A DNA stretch of 64,000 nt from Methanocaldococcus indicus (GTDB lineage Archaea; AGJL01; Methanococci; Methanococcales; Methanocaldococcaceae). Both the position numbers and the translations under genes were made by a program. A model generated the notes under the pieces. The model was given only the letters and a program-made list of their open reading frames with translations. It was not told the origin of the DNA and did no database searches. This document shows positions 10,373 through 19,899 of the stretch, one piece after another. The DNA is taken from positions 480,001-544,000 of the forward strand of contig NZ_CP186926.1 in assembly GCF_049554935.1 (NCBI RefSeq), written 5' to 3'. How positions within the stretch are numbered: the first letter of the stretch is position 1; each line of letters begins with the position of its first letter.

Positions 10373-11075
10373 GACACTGTCAAGTTAACGACTTCAACCA
10401 ATTGTAGAACATCATGAAACTTTTAATCCAGCTAACAACTGTATCGAATTTGCTGTTATTAGGAAACCTATTATAAAATGCTTTAGTTCTTCGTTTGAGT
10501 AGTGAGAAAAAGCTTTCTACACAATTTCTCAGTCCGAATCGGACTCTTTCAAATTCTAAACCCAATCTTTGCAATGCCCACGGATACCATCTTCCACCAT
10601 CGACCAAAATCTTCGGCTTATTAGAGCAAAATTTTAATATGCTCTTAACGAATAATATAGTATCGAGGTAGTTTCTTGTTTCAGAAATATAAACTCCCAA
10701 GCACTCTTTCGATTCAACATCAATAGCAGACCATACGTAAATAACTTCATTTCCAATCTTTAGTTTGGTCTCATCGATTGCAATTGCGTATCTTTCCTTT
10801 CTTTCAGGTTCGTTTAAAACCTCTTTAACCTTGTGATAATAAGTCCTAACCGACTCATGGCTTATACTTTCGAATTGGGAAAGAAACAAACTTACTTTCC
10901 TCAACGATAGTCCAAGGTAATACAAAATCCCAGCTAAGATTTTAACTTCTATCGACTTCTTATTCCTTTTAAAAATCTTCTCCTCTTCGATTCTCTCCTT
11001 TAAGACTTCTATCGTGAGCTTCATATTTTACTATTTTTTATCGATATATTAATAAAAGCTTAACTTGACACTCTC
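10373..11075 (-). mobile_element. IS6-family element, 703 bp (ISMja1-like)
   Basis: 16-bp TIRs GACACTGTCAAGTTAA and TTAACTTGACACTCTC (14/16). 9-bp TSD AGTCAATTC at 10364-10372 and 11076-11084. Confidence 0.95.
10380..11024 (-). CDS. IS6-family DDE transposase, intact
   Basis: IDETK, WSAID, LVDGG.WY and RNCVESFF motifs. Confidence 0.95.
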   Translation of the reverse strand: MKLTIEVLKERIEEEKIFKRNKKSIEVKILAGILYYLGLSLRKVSLFLSQFESISHESVRTYYHKVKEVLNEPERKERYAIAIDETKLKIGNEVIYVWSAIDVESKECLGVYISETRNYLDTILFVKSILKFCSNKPKILVDGGRWYPWALQRLGLEFERVRFGLRNCVESFFSLLKRRTKAFYNRFPNNSKFDTVVSWIKSFMMFYNWLKSLT

Positions 11076-12200
11076 AGTCAATTCGGATGACTTAGTAGAT
11101 TACTGCCTGGTTAGAACTTTAACCAAGATAAAGACAATTAAAGTAATATCTGAAGAGATTTTAAAAATTCATCGAACAACTCTAATCAAAAAACTTCAAA
11201 AGCTATCGGAAATTGAGAACTGCTTTTATACTCATCTACTAAACCTTCCCAACATTTTAAATAATCGTAAATTTAAATTTTCAATAATAATTGATTCAAC
11301 CTTATTGAGAAGATATAGTAAAAATGTATTTGTTTGGCAGTTCTATTAGATACAATTACGTAGAAAATCATAAAAAATTATATCAAGAACAAATAAACTG
11401 CTGTATTTTTAATAAAAAAAAAGGATTATACGATATACACCACAATAAAACCAAGGAATATTAAATCGACTGATGTATATTTAAGAATTATAGAATCAAT
11501 ATCTAAAATTATTAAGGGGACGGTCGTTGGTGATGGTTCTATAACAATAAAGAGAATTTTGAAGAGATGTAAAGAATTGGGAGTCGATTATATTGGTAGA
11601 ATCAGAAAAAACATAAAAATTGAGGTTTTTGGTAAAGAAGTTAAAATAGAAAATATGTTTAAAAAGGACTTCAACAAAAATAAAACTAAACTAAGGACTA
11701 TTAACGGAAAAAAGTTCAGAATATCCGAGAAAGTAGTTAATATTTCCGATGTTGGAAAGGTTAAAATAGTTGCAGTGTTAATGAAAGGAAAGAAAAAGAT
11801 TAAGTATTTGGTCTCGACAAATTATAAAAAGAAAGCTGAGGATATTATAAACGAATATTTAAAAAGATGTAAGATAGAAGAATCAAACGAAAAACCTACG
11901 GTTTTTCGTAACTCGCCTGTTATCACAGGCGAAAGCATAGAAGGGATAAGTCGATTTTGGAGGTTGAAGGAAATTATTTATCCTCAGAAAGTGGGAATAT
12001 AGGATTTATTAAGTTAAGAGGAATACTATTTAATTGTATCGAATATTTAAGCTACAAAAATGGAATATCATTTTATAAAGTCATTAAAGAGTGTAGTAAA
12101 GAACTAATAAAGAACGGGTTATCGTAATCACACTGTCAGAAATAAAAATTTTTATATTCATTATACATAAAAATATTTAAAAAGTTTTTGGGGGAGAGAT

Positions 12201-13421
12201 ATGAACAAATATACCAAAGTCATTGGATTTGTTGCTTTATTTGGATTAATGAGTTGTGTGTTTGCTGAGGTCGTCAGTCCAAATAATGATGATATAGGGG
12301 AATTATTAAATAAAGCAGAGATATTTAAAAATAAAGGAGAATATGACATTGCAGTTGAATACTATAAAAAAGTTCTAGAAAAAGATGATAAAAATTTGGA
12401 AGCATTAAAATATATGGGATATTGTTTAAAGAATTTAGGAAGATTTAATGAAGCATTATACTATTTAAATAAATATTTAGAATTAAATCCCAATGATTCC
12501 TATGTGTTGGTTGATAAGGGATTTACACTTTGTGGTTTAGGCAAATATGATGAGGCAATTAAATGTTTCGATAAAGCGTTAGAATTAAATCCTAATAACC
12601 CTTATGCATGGATAGGTAAAGGGTTAGCATTTGGAAAATTAGGAAAATATGATGAAGCAAATGCATGCTTTAATAAAGCATTAGAATTAAATCCAAATAA
12701 TGCAAATATAATATTCAATATTGGGAATATGTATAAGAGTTTAGGATTGCCTGAAGTAGCAATTAAATATTACGATAGAGCATTGGAATTAAATCCAAAC
12801 CATTTTCTAGCATGGAAACACAAGGGTCTCGCACTTTATAGTTTAGGAAAATATGAGGAATCAATTAAATGTTTTGATAAGGCATTAGAACTAAAACCAG
12901 ACGTTTATTATCTATGGTACTATAAAGGTCGTTCTCTTGAAAAATTAGGAAAATATGAAGAAGCTCTGAAATGCTATGAAACAGCACTGAAATTAAACCC
13001 AAACTTTGAAAAAGCAAAAGATAGTAAAGAGAGGGTATTAAAAATACTAAATGAAAAAAACAAAGGAACACTAGAAATAACATCAAATCCTCCAAATGCT
13101 GACATATACATTAACGGAGAGTATAAAGGAACCACTCCAAAAACATTAACTCTTGAAAAAGGGACATACCAAATTAAAATTTTAAAAGATTATAGTTCAT
13201 ATACAAAAGTAATTGAAATTAAACCTGAAGAAACAAAAATAATTGATATAAGTCTTAAAGAAATTCCAAAAGAAACAGAAATAACAGAACAAGCATCAAC
13301 AAAAACAGCTCCTACAGAAACACAAACATCATTATACTTAATCTATGGAGGAATAGGATTATTAGCAATTTTCCTAATCTTAGGAGTAATCATCGCAACT
13401 AAAAAATTCAAATCCAAATAA
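12201..13421 (+). CDS. Secreted, membrane-anchored TPR protein with PEGA domain
   Basis: Signal peptide (..VFA), about 7 TPRs (ALELNP), PEGA (ITSNPPNADIYING...GTTP), Thr/Glu linker and C-terminal TM with basic tail. Confidence 0.9.
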   Translation: MNKYTKVIGFVALFGLMSCVFAEVVSPNNDDIGELLNKAEIFKNKGEYDIAVEYYKKVLEKDDKNLEALKYMGYCLKNLGRFNEALYYLNKYLELNPNDSYVLVDKGFTLCGLGKYDEAIKCFDKALELNPNNPYAWIGKGLAFGKLGKYDEANACFNKALELNPNNANIIFNIGNMYKSLGLPEVAIKYYDRALELNPNHFLAWKHKGLALYSLGKYEESIKCFDKALELKPDVYYLWYYKGRSLEKLGKYEEALKCYETALKLNPNFEKAKDSKERVLKILNEKNKGTLEITSNPPNADIYINGEYKGTTPKTLTLEKGTYQIKILKDYSSYTKVIEIKPEETKIIDISLKEIPKETEITEQASTKTAPTETQTSLYLIYGGIGLLAIFLILGVIIATKKFKSK

Positions 13422-13469
13422 AAGAAACAATATAAATCATAAAAAAACACTAAAGTCAATAATCTTAAT

Positions 13470-13625
13470 TAATTTAATCCCCAATTGTTGCTTTCAGCCA
13501 ATTATTTTTTAATAATAAATCTAAAGCATCATTTATATCTTAACAACTAATCTGAACTTAACAAGGTTTTTATCCAATCTCTTTCATCACCAATAACACA
13601 AATTCCTAAATCAGCATTTTTTAAT
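13470..13625 (-). pseudogene. C-terminal relic of a HAD-family (soluble P-type ATPase-like) gene
   Basis: Minus strand with frameshifts reads KNADLGICVIGDE..W.KTLLSSD.VV.DINDALDLLLKNN.LKATIGD*. Truncated by the IS end at 13626. Confidence 0.6.
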
Positions 13626-13858
13626 CTGATAGTGTGAATTCTCTTTATCGATTTTAAAACCAAAAAATAAAATAGTACTGACCTAAATACTTCATCATTA
13701 ATAACATCATTAATAAAAATTAATAAAATGGTAATAAACCTATGCTATAAAGAATTACTTGTTAATAGTCTAAATACTTTAGATTTGGCAAATTCGGATG
13801 ACTTGGTAGATTACTATTTGGTTAGAACTTTAACTGAAATAAAAAAACTATTAAAGCA
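13626..13858 (+). mobile_element. Truncated left end of the IS4/IS701-like element
   Basis: Begins CTGATAGTGTGAATTCTC and aligns with 10220-10372 plus 11085-11145. Confidence 0.88.
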
Positions 13859-13994
13859 ATAAAAGATTTGAATTATTAGTCTTTAAAATAATGGAGAATG
13901 TTTTATTTTATATTTATTTAAATGAGGATAAAGTTTTAATAATTTATTTAACTATTTTTCTCAAATTAAATTTTATATTAAACATGTGAGAACA

Positions 13995-14894
13995 ATGATA
14001 GCAACAGTAGGGCATACAGCTTTGGATTATATATTTAATGTAGAAAAGTTTCCTGAGCCAAATACCTCTATACAAATACCAACAGCAAAAAAATACTATG
14101 GAGGAGCAGCTGCTAATGTAGCAGTGGGAATAAAAAAGTTAGGAGTAGATTCTAAGCTTATATCTTGTGTTGGTTATGATTTTGAATATCTTAATAACTA
14201 TAAAAAATACTTAGAAGATTTAGGAGTTGATATATCTTCTTTATACTATTCAAATGAAGAAGAAACACCAAAAGCTTGGATATTCACAGATAAAGATAAT
14301 AACCAGATGACTTTCTTCCTATGGGGAGCAAGTAAGCATTTTGTTGAATTGAATCCAAAAATAGATAATGCAAAAATAATACATTTAGCAACAGGTGAGC
14401 CAAAATATAACTTAAAAGTAGCTGAAACTAACAACAAATGTATAATTTCTTTTGACCCTGGGCAAGATTTACCAAAGTATGATAAAGATTTATTATTAAA
14501 TATTATAAAAAATACTAACATTTTATTTTTTAATAAGTATGAATTTGAAAGAGCTTCAAAATTGTTGGGGTTTAATAAAGAGGATTATTTAGAATATGTT
14601 GATGTATTTGTAATTACTAAGGGTTCAGAAGGTTCTGAGATAATAACAAAAGACAAAGAGAAGATATTTATCCCAGCTATAAAAACAATAGCTATTGACC
14701 CAACAGGAGCAGGAGATGCTTATAAAGCAGGATTTTTAGTTGGTTATTATAAAGGATATGATTTAGAGAAATGTGGTTTGATTGGAGCTGCAACTGCTTC
14801 TTTCGTTGTTGAAAAGAAAGGATGCCAAACAAATTTACCAAGTTGGAAGGAAGTTATAGAAAGATTAAAAAAACATGGATATGTGATAGAATGA
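13995..14894 (+). CDS. PfkB-family nucleoside kinase
   Basis: GGAAANVA and DPTGAGD motifs. Confidence 0.9.
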   Translation: MIATVGHTALDYIFNVEKFPEPNTSIQIPTAKKYYGGAAANVAVGIKKLGVDSKLISCVGYDFEYLNNYKKYLEDLGVDISSLYYSNEEETPKAWIFTDKDNNQMTFFLWGASKHFVELNPKIDNAKIIHLATGEPKYNLKVAETNNKCIISFDPGQDLPKYDKDLLLNIIKNTNILFFNKYEFERASKLLGFNKEDYLEYVDVFVITKGSEGSEIITKDKEKIFIPAIKTIAIDPTGAGDAYKAGFLVGYYKGYDLEKCGLIGAATASFVVEKKGCQTNLPSWKEVIERLKKHGYVIE

Positions 14895-15796
14895 TAGATA
14901 AAATTTATCAGCTAAAAGAAGAAAAAAATGCAGTTATATTAGCTCATAACTATCAACCAGCAGAAATACAAAAAATAGCTGATTTTGTTGGAGATTCTTT
15001 GGAATTATGTATAAAAGCAAAAGAGACAGATGCAGATATTATAGTTTTCTGTGGAGTAGATTTTATGGCTGAAACAGCAAAAATTTTAAATCCTGAAAAA
15101 ACTGTCCTCCTTCCAGAAATAAAAAATACTCAATGCCCTATGGCACATCAACTACCTAAGGAAACTATTTTAAAATATAAAGAAAGATATAAAGCTCCTT
15201 TAGTTGTATATATAAATACAACTGCTGAAACAAAGGCTTATGCAGATATAATTTGTACATCAGCAAATGCTCCAAAGGTTGTAGAGAGTTTAGATTCAGA
15301 TATTGTTTTATTTGGCCCAGATAAAAATTTAGCTTATTATGTTAAAAAAGAGACAAAAAAGGAAGTAATTCCAATTCCAGAGGATGGAGGTTGTTATGTT
15401 CATCAAAAATTTACATTAGAAGATGTAAAAAGAGCTAAAAAAGAGCATGATGCTATATTGTTGGTTCATCCTGAATGTAACCCAGAAATTCAGGAAGAAG
15501 CAGATTATATACTAAGTACAAGTGGTATGGTTAAAAAGGTTTTAGAACTTGATAACAAGAAGTTTATTATTGGAACTGAAATAGGATTAATAGATAGAAT
15601 TAAATTAGAGTTAGAAAAGAAAGGATTAGAAAAAGAACTTATTCCATTAAATAAAAATGCTATTTGTAATGAGATGAAACAAATAACTTTAGAAAAGCTA
15701 TATAATGCATTAAAAGAAGAAAAATATAAAGTGGAATTAAATAGAGAGATTATGGATAAAGCAAGAGTAGCTATTGAAAGAATGCTTAACTTATAA
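14891..15796 (+). CDS. nadA: Quinolinate synthase
   Basis: LAHNYQ, FCGVDFMAE, CPMA, C.VH and HPEC motifs. ATG 14891 overlaps the upstream stop. Confidence 0.95.
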   Translation: MIDKIYQLKEEKNAVILAHNYQPAEIQKIADFVGDSLELCIKAKETDADIIVFCGVDFMAETAKILNPEKTVLLPEIKNTQCPMAHQLPKETILKYKERYKAPLVVYINTTAETKAYADIICTSANAPKVVESLDSDIVLFGPDKNLAYYVKKETKKEVIPIPEDGGCYVHQKFTLEDVKRAKKEHDAILLVHPECNPEIQEEADYILSTSGMVKKVLELDNKKFIIGTEIGLIDRIKLELEKKGLEKELIPLNKNAICNEMKQITLEKLYNALKEEKYKVELNREIMDKARVAIERMLNL

Positions 15797-15815
15797 AATT
15801 TTAAAAACTTCTTTT

Positions 15816-15873
15816 TCCGATGATGAGATTCATAAGCTGATTTATGATGAACCCTTTCGGGGTATCTGAGGGA
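15816..15873 (+). ncRNA. Box C/D 2'-O-methylation guide sRNA
   Basis: C ATGATGA 15820-26, D' CTGA 15837-40, C' ATGATGA 15844-50, D CTGA 15866-69. Short TCC/GGA terminal stem. Confidence 0.9.
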
Positions 15874-16059
15874 TGTAATTAATACATATTGATAAAATAA
15901 TTTATATTTTTATCTGTCTTTATCATTAGATGTATTAAAATAATAATTGTTAATGTTAATATAGTTATTAAAATTAATATATGAAGTTGCAAATGTATAA
16001 AAACACAAATAAGATAAACTATAAAAATGGCTAAAAATAAAACTATTAATGTGATTATT

Positions 16060-16908
16060 ATGGTGAGAAAAGCAATTATACCAGTAGCTGGATTTGGGAC
16101 AAGGTTACTTCCTCTAACAAAAGCACAACCAAAAGAAATGTTGCCAGTTGTTGATAAACCAGTTGTTCAGTATGTAGTTGAAGATTTGGTTTCAGCAGGA
16201 GTTAATAATATTTTATTTGTTACTGGAAAAGGTAAGCAAGCTATTGAGAACCATTTTGATAAAAACTATGAGTTAGAATGCAAATTAAAAGAATCCAATA
16301 AGTTAGATTTGTTGGAGAAGATTAAGAAGATTGACGAAATGGTAAATATATTTTATGTGAGACAGAAAGAACAGAAAGGATTGGGAGATGCTATTTTATA
16401 TGGAAAGGAATTTGTTGGAGATGAGTATTTTGTTGCTATGGTTGGAGATACTATATACTCTAAAAATATTGTTGAAGATTTAATAAAAGCTCATAAAAAA
16501 TATAATTGTTCAGTTATTGCCTTAGAAAGAGTCCCAAGAGAGGTAGTTCATAAGTATGGTGTAGTTGAAATTAAAGATAATAACAATGGTGTTTATGAGA
16601 TTGTAGATATGGTAGAAAAGCCAAGTGTTGAAGAAGCTCCATCAAATTTAATAATAACAGGAGCTTATATACTATCACCTAAGATATTTGAAATATTAAA
16701 AAATACTAAACCTGGTAGAGGTGGAGAGATACAACTTACTGATGCCATGAGAACTCTATTAGAAGAGGAGAAAATTGTTGGAGTTGAGATTAACTGTAAG
16801 AGGTATGATATTGGAGATATTTTTAGTTGGTTAAAGGCAAATGTTGAAATAGCTTATGAAAAATATCCAGAGTTTAGAGAATTTTTAATAAATCTTATAA
16901 ATAAGTAG
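16060..16908 (+). CDS. galU: UTP-glucose-1-phosphate uridylyltransferase
   Basis: PVAGFGTRLLP.TKAQPKEMLP, VEKP and GEIQLTDA motifs. Confidence 0.95.
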   Translation: MVRKAIIPVAGFGTRLLPLTKAQPKEMLPVVDKPVVQYVVEDLVSAGVNNILFVTGKGKQAIENHFDKNYELECKLKESNKLDLLEKIKKIDEMVNIFYVRQKEQKGLGDAILYGKEFVGDEYFVAMVGDTIYSKNIVEDLIKAHKKYNCSVIALERVPREVVHKYGVVEIKDNNNGVYEIVDMVEKPSVEEAPSNLIITGAYILSPKIFEILKNTKPGRGGEIQLTDAMRTLLEEEKIVGVEINCKRYDIGDIFSWLKANVEIAYEKYPEFREFLINLINK

Positions 16909-16962
16909 AATTTATTTTTAATTTCAAACTTTTTTAATATATCTTTTTTAGGGGAGATAATA

Positions 16963-18417
16963 ATGAATATTTTGAGAAGAGGTAGATTAAAAAATATTAG
17001 AGAGGATGTGGCAAAATATACAACAAGCTTAGAATTTGATAAAGAGATTTTTGAAGCAGATATTTTATGTGATATTGCCCATGTTATTATGTTGTATGAG
17101 CAGGGAATAATAAAGAAAGAGCATGCTAAAAAGATTATTGATGGTTTAAGAGAGATTTACAAAAAAGGGATGGAAAACTTAAACTTAGACCCTTCTTTGG
17201 ATGATATTCATATGGTTATTGAATCAGAATTAATTAATATGCTTGGAGAAGATGTAGCTGGAAGATTACACACTGGAAGAAGTAGAAATGACCAAGTTGC
17301 AACTGATTTAAGATTAGCTTTAAGAGAGAGAATTTTAGAGATATTAGAGTTGTTAGTTGATATGTTAAAAGATATTTTAGAGCTTGCAAAGGAGCATAAA
17401 GAAACTATAACAGTTGGATATACTCATTTACAACATGCTCAGCCAACAACTTATGCTCATCATTTATTAAGCTACTTTTCATCATTAGAGAGAGATATAC
17501 AGAGATTGTTAGATTGCTATAAAAGAATAAATATTTCTCCTCTTGGTTCTGGTGCATTAGCTACAACAGGATTCAATATAAGTAGAGAGAGAACTAAGAA
17601 GTTATTGGGATTTGATGCTTTAATAGAGAACTCTATGGATGCAGTATCAACAAGAGATTTTATTTTAGAGACATTATCTAATTTATCTATTTTAGGAACT
17701 AACTTATCTAAGATTTGTGAAGAGTTAGTTTTATTTTCAACTTATGAATTTAATACATTGGAAATAGATGATGCATTTTGCTCAACATCCTCAATAATGC
17801 CCCAAAAGAAGAATCCTGATGTAGCAGAGATAGCAAGAGCTAAACTCTCTAAATTAAATGGAAATTTAATATCTGCATTAACAATTTTAAAAGCTCTACC
17901 TAATACATACAATAGAGATTTGCAAGAAATCTCACCAATATTATGGGATTCAATTAATATAGTAAGAGACACAATTAAGATGGTTAATGGAATGTTAAAA
18001 ACAATAAAGGTTAATAAAGATAGGATGTTAGAACTTGCCAATGCAAACTATTCTACTGCAACAGAGTTGGCAGATACATTAGTTAGGGAGTTAGATATTC
18101 CTTTTAGAAAAGCTCATGGAATTGTTGGAGAAGCTGTAAGAAAAAGTCTTGAGAAGAAAAGAGATTTAGAAGAGGTAGTTGTTGAAGTATTAGAAAAATA
18201 TAATTTAAAAATAGATAAGGAAAAAATTAAAAAAGCTTTAAATCCTTATGAAAATGTTAAAATGAGGAAAGTTATTGGAGGACCTTCTCCAGAAGAAGTT
18301 GAAAAAAGAATAAAAATTTTTAGTGAGAGAGTTAATAACTATGATGACATTATTAAGAATAAGTTAGAAAAGATAAATGAAGTTAAAAATAATTTAATTA
18401 ACTTTAATATTGAATAA
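16963..18417 (+). CDS. argH: Argininosuccinate lyase
   Basis: HTGRSRNDQ, GYTHLQ.AQP and SSIMPQKKNPD motifs. Confidence 0.96.
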   Translation: MNILRRGRLKNIREDVAKYTTSLEFDKEIFEADILCDIAHVIMLYEQGIIKKEHAKKIIDGLREIYKKGMENLNLDPSLDDIHMVIESELINMLGEDVAGRLHTGRSRNDQVATDLRLALRERILEILELLVDMLKDILELAKEHKETITVGYTHLQHAQPTTYAHHLLSYFSSLERDIQRLLDCYKRINISPLGSGALATTGFNISRERTKKLLGFDALIENSMDAVSTRDFILETLSNLSILGTNLSKICEELVLFSTYEFNTLEIDDAFCSTSSIMPQKKNPDVAEIARAKLSKLNGNLISALTILKALPNTYNRDLQEISPILWDSINIVRDTIKMVNGMLKTIKVNKDRMLELANANYSTATELADTLVRELDIPFRKAHGIVGEAVRKSLEKKRDLEEVVVEVLEKYNLKIDKEKIKKALNPYENVKMRKVIGGPSPEEVEKRIKIFSERVNNYDDIIKNKLEKINEVKNNLINFNIE

Positions 18418-18537
18418 TATAATTTTATGCAAATAGTTTTAATACTTTTTATTTGCTATTTTATTCATAAAAAACTGGAAATTTATATAATAAATGACTA
18501 TTATAATTTTTAAACTCTAAATATTTAAGGTGATACA

Positions 18538-19770
18538 ATGGGAAGAAAAAGAGTAAAACAAGCAGAGGTAAATATTGGAATGGTTGGACATGTTGACCAT
18601 GGTAAAACAAGTTTAACAAAGGCATTAACAGGAGTATGGACAGATAGACATAGTGAAGAGCTAAGAAGAGGAATATCCATAAGGTTAGGTTATGCTGATT
18701 GTGAGATAAGAAAATGTCCTGAATGTGGAACATACACTACAAAACCAAGATGTCCAAACTGTTTAGCTGAAACAAAATTTTTAAGAAGAGTTTCTTTTGT
18801 AGATTCACCAGGACATGAGACATTAATGGCTACAATGTTGTCAGGAGCTTCTTTAATGGATGGAGCTATCTTAGTTATAGCTGCAAATGAACCTTGCCCA
18901 CAACCACAAACAAAAGAGCATTTAATGGCTTTGGAGATTTTAGGGATTAAAAATATTGTTATAGTTCAAAATAAGATTGATTTAGTAGATGAAGAACAAG
19001 CTTTAAAGAACTATGAAGAAATTAAAGAGTTTGTTAAAGGAACAGTTGCAGAAAATGCACCAATAATTCCTGTTTCTGCACACCATGAGGCAAATATTGA
19101 TGTTCTATTAAGAGCTATTCAGGAGTGTATTCCTACTCCTAAGAGAGACCCAAAAGCAACTCCAAGGATGTATGTTGCAAGAAGTTTTGATATAAACAAG
19201 CCAGGAACTCCAATAAAGGATTTAAAAGGTGGAGTTTTAGGAGGAGCTATAATTCAAGGAGAGTTTAAAGTTGGAGATGAAATTGAAATAAGACCTGGAA
19301 TTAAAGTAACAGAAGAAAATAAAACATTCTGGAAACCTTTAAGAACAAAAATTGTCTCATTAGCTGCTGGAAATACAATTCTTAAAAAAGCTCATCCAGG
19401 AGGATTAATTGGAGTTGGAACAGAGTTAGACCCCTATTTAACAAAATCAGATGCTCTAACAGGTAGTGTTGTTGGATTACCTGGAACTTTACCTCCTATA
19501 AGAGAAAAAATAACAGTAAGAGTAAATCTATTAGATAGAGTTGTAGGTAGTAAAGATGAATTAAAGATAGAGCCATTAAGAACAGGAGAAGTATTGATGT
19601 TAAATATTGGAACTACAACAACAGTAGGGGTTATTACATCAGCAAGAGAAGATATAGCAGATATTAGATTAAAATTACCTGTTTGTGCAGATATTGGAGA
19701 TAGAGTGGCATTAAGTAGGAGAGTAGGCTCAAGATGGAGACTAATTGGTTATGGAACTATTGAAGGATAA
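18538..19770 (+). CDS. eif2g: Translation initiation factor aIF2 gamma subunit
   Basis: GHVDHGKT, zinc ribbon, DSPGHE, NKID and WRLIG.G motifs. Confidence 0.97.
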   Translation: MGRKRVKQAEVNIGMVGHVDHGKTSLTKALTGVWTDRHSEELRRGISIRLGYADCEIRKCPECGTYTTKPRCPNCLAETKFLRRVSFVDSPGHETLMATMLSGASLMDGAILVIAANEPCPQPQTKEHLMALEILGIKNIVIVQNKIDLVDEEQALKNYEEIKEFVKGTVAENAPIIPVSAHHEANIDVLLRAIQECIPTPKRDPKATPRMYVARSFDINKPGTPIKDLKGGVLGGAIIQGEFKVGDEIEIRPGIKVTEENKTFWKPLRTKIVSLAAGNTILKKAHPGGLIGVGTELDPYLTKSDALTGSVVGLPGTLPPIREKITVRVNLLDRVVGSKDELKIEPLRTGEVLMLNIGTTTTVGVITSAREDIADIRLKLPVCADIGDRVALSRRVGSRWRLIGYGTIEG

Positions 19771-19865
19771 TGTCTATGGCATTTCCGAGCGTAGCGAGGC
19801 AATACATCCATGGGGGTATGCCAATAGGCGGAGCCCTATGGTTGGTGGAACTATTGAAGGACAAT
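19752..19865. repeat. 74-bp GC-rich palindromic insert (19772-19845) flanked by a 20-bp direct repeat
   Basis: TGGAACTATTGAAGGATAAT (19752-71) and TGGAACTATTGAAGGACAAT (19846-65). Internal hairpins surround CGAGCGTAGCGAG and ATAGG-CGGAGC-CCTAT. Confidence 0.85.
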
Positions 19866-19899
19866 TTTTAAATTTTTTAAATTTTGTGAGGGTAGATAA

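Larger units (their letters stand above)
10311..12127 (+). pseudogene. DDE transposase pseudogene, interrupted by IS6 and by frameshifts
   Basis: Removing the IS6 and one TSD joins MLTTLKELLVNGLNTLGI-VNSDDLVDYC in frame. IIIDST, VVGDG and Y..R.KIEE (YREK-like) motifs occur in shifted frames. Confidence 0.82.
10220..12139 (+). mobile_element. Decayed IS4/IS701-like insertion sequence (about 1.2 kb without the nested IS6)
   Basis: Imperfect TIRs CTGATAGTGTGAAT (10220) and AATCACACTGTCAG (ending 12139), 12/14 match. Encloses transposase fragments. Confidence 0.8.

Noticed and set aside
12400-13010. Roughly 102-bp periodic repeats (TTAGAATTAAATCC)
   Set aside because: Explained by 34-aa TPR units.
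9430-13860. Possible CRISPR array in the repeat-rich island
   Set aside because: The repeats are long dispersed IS ends, not regularly spaced short repeats, and there are no cas genes.
14822-14890. N-terminal extension of NadA in the ORF track
   Set aside because: Overlaps the kinase gene. ATG 14891 gives the normal length and an ATGA coupling.
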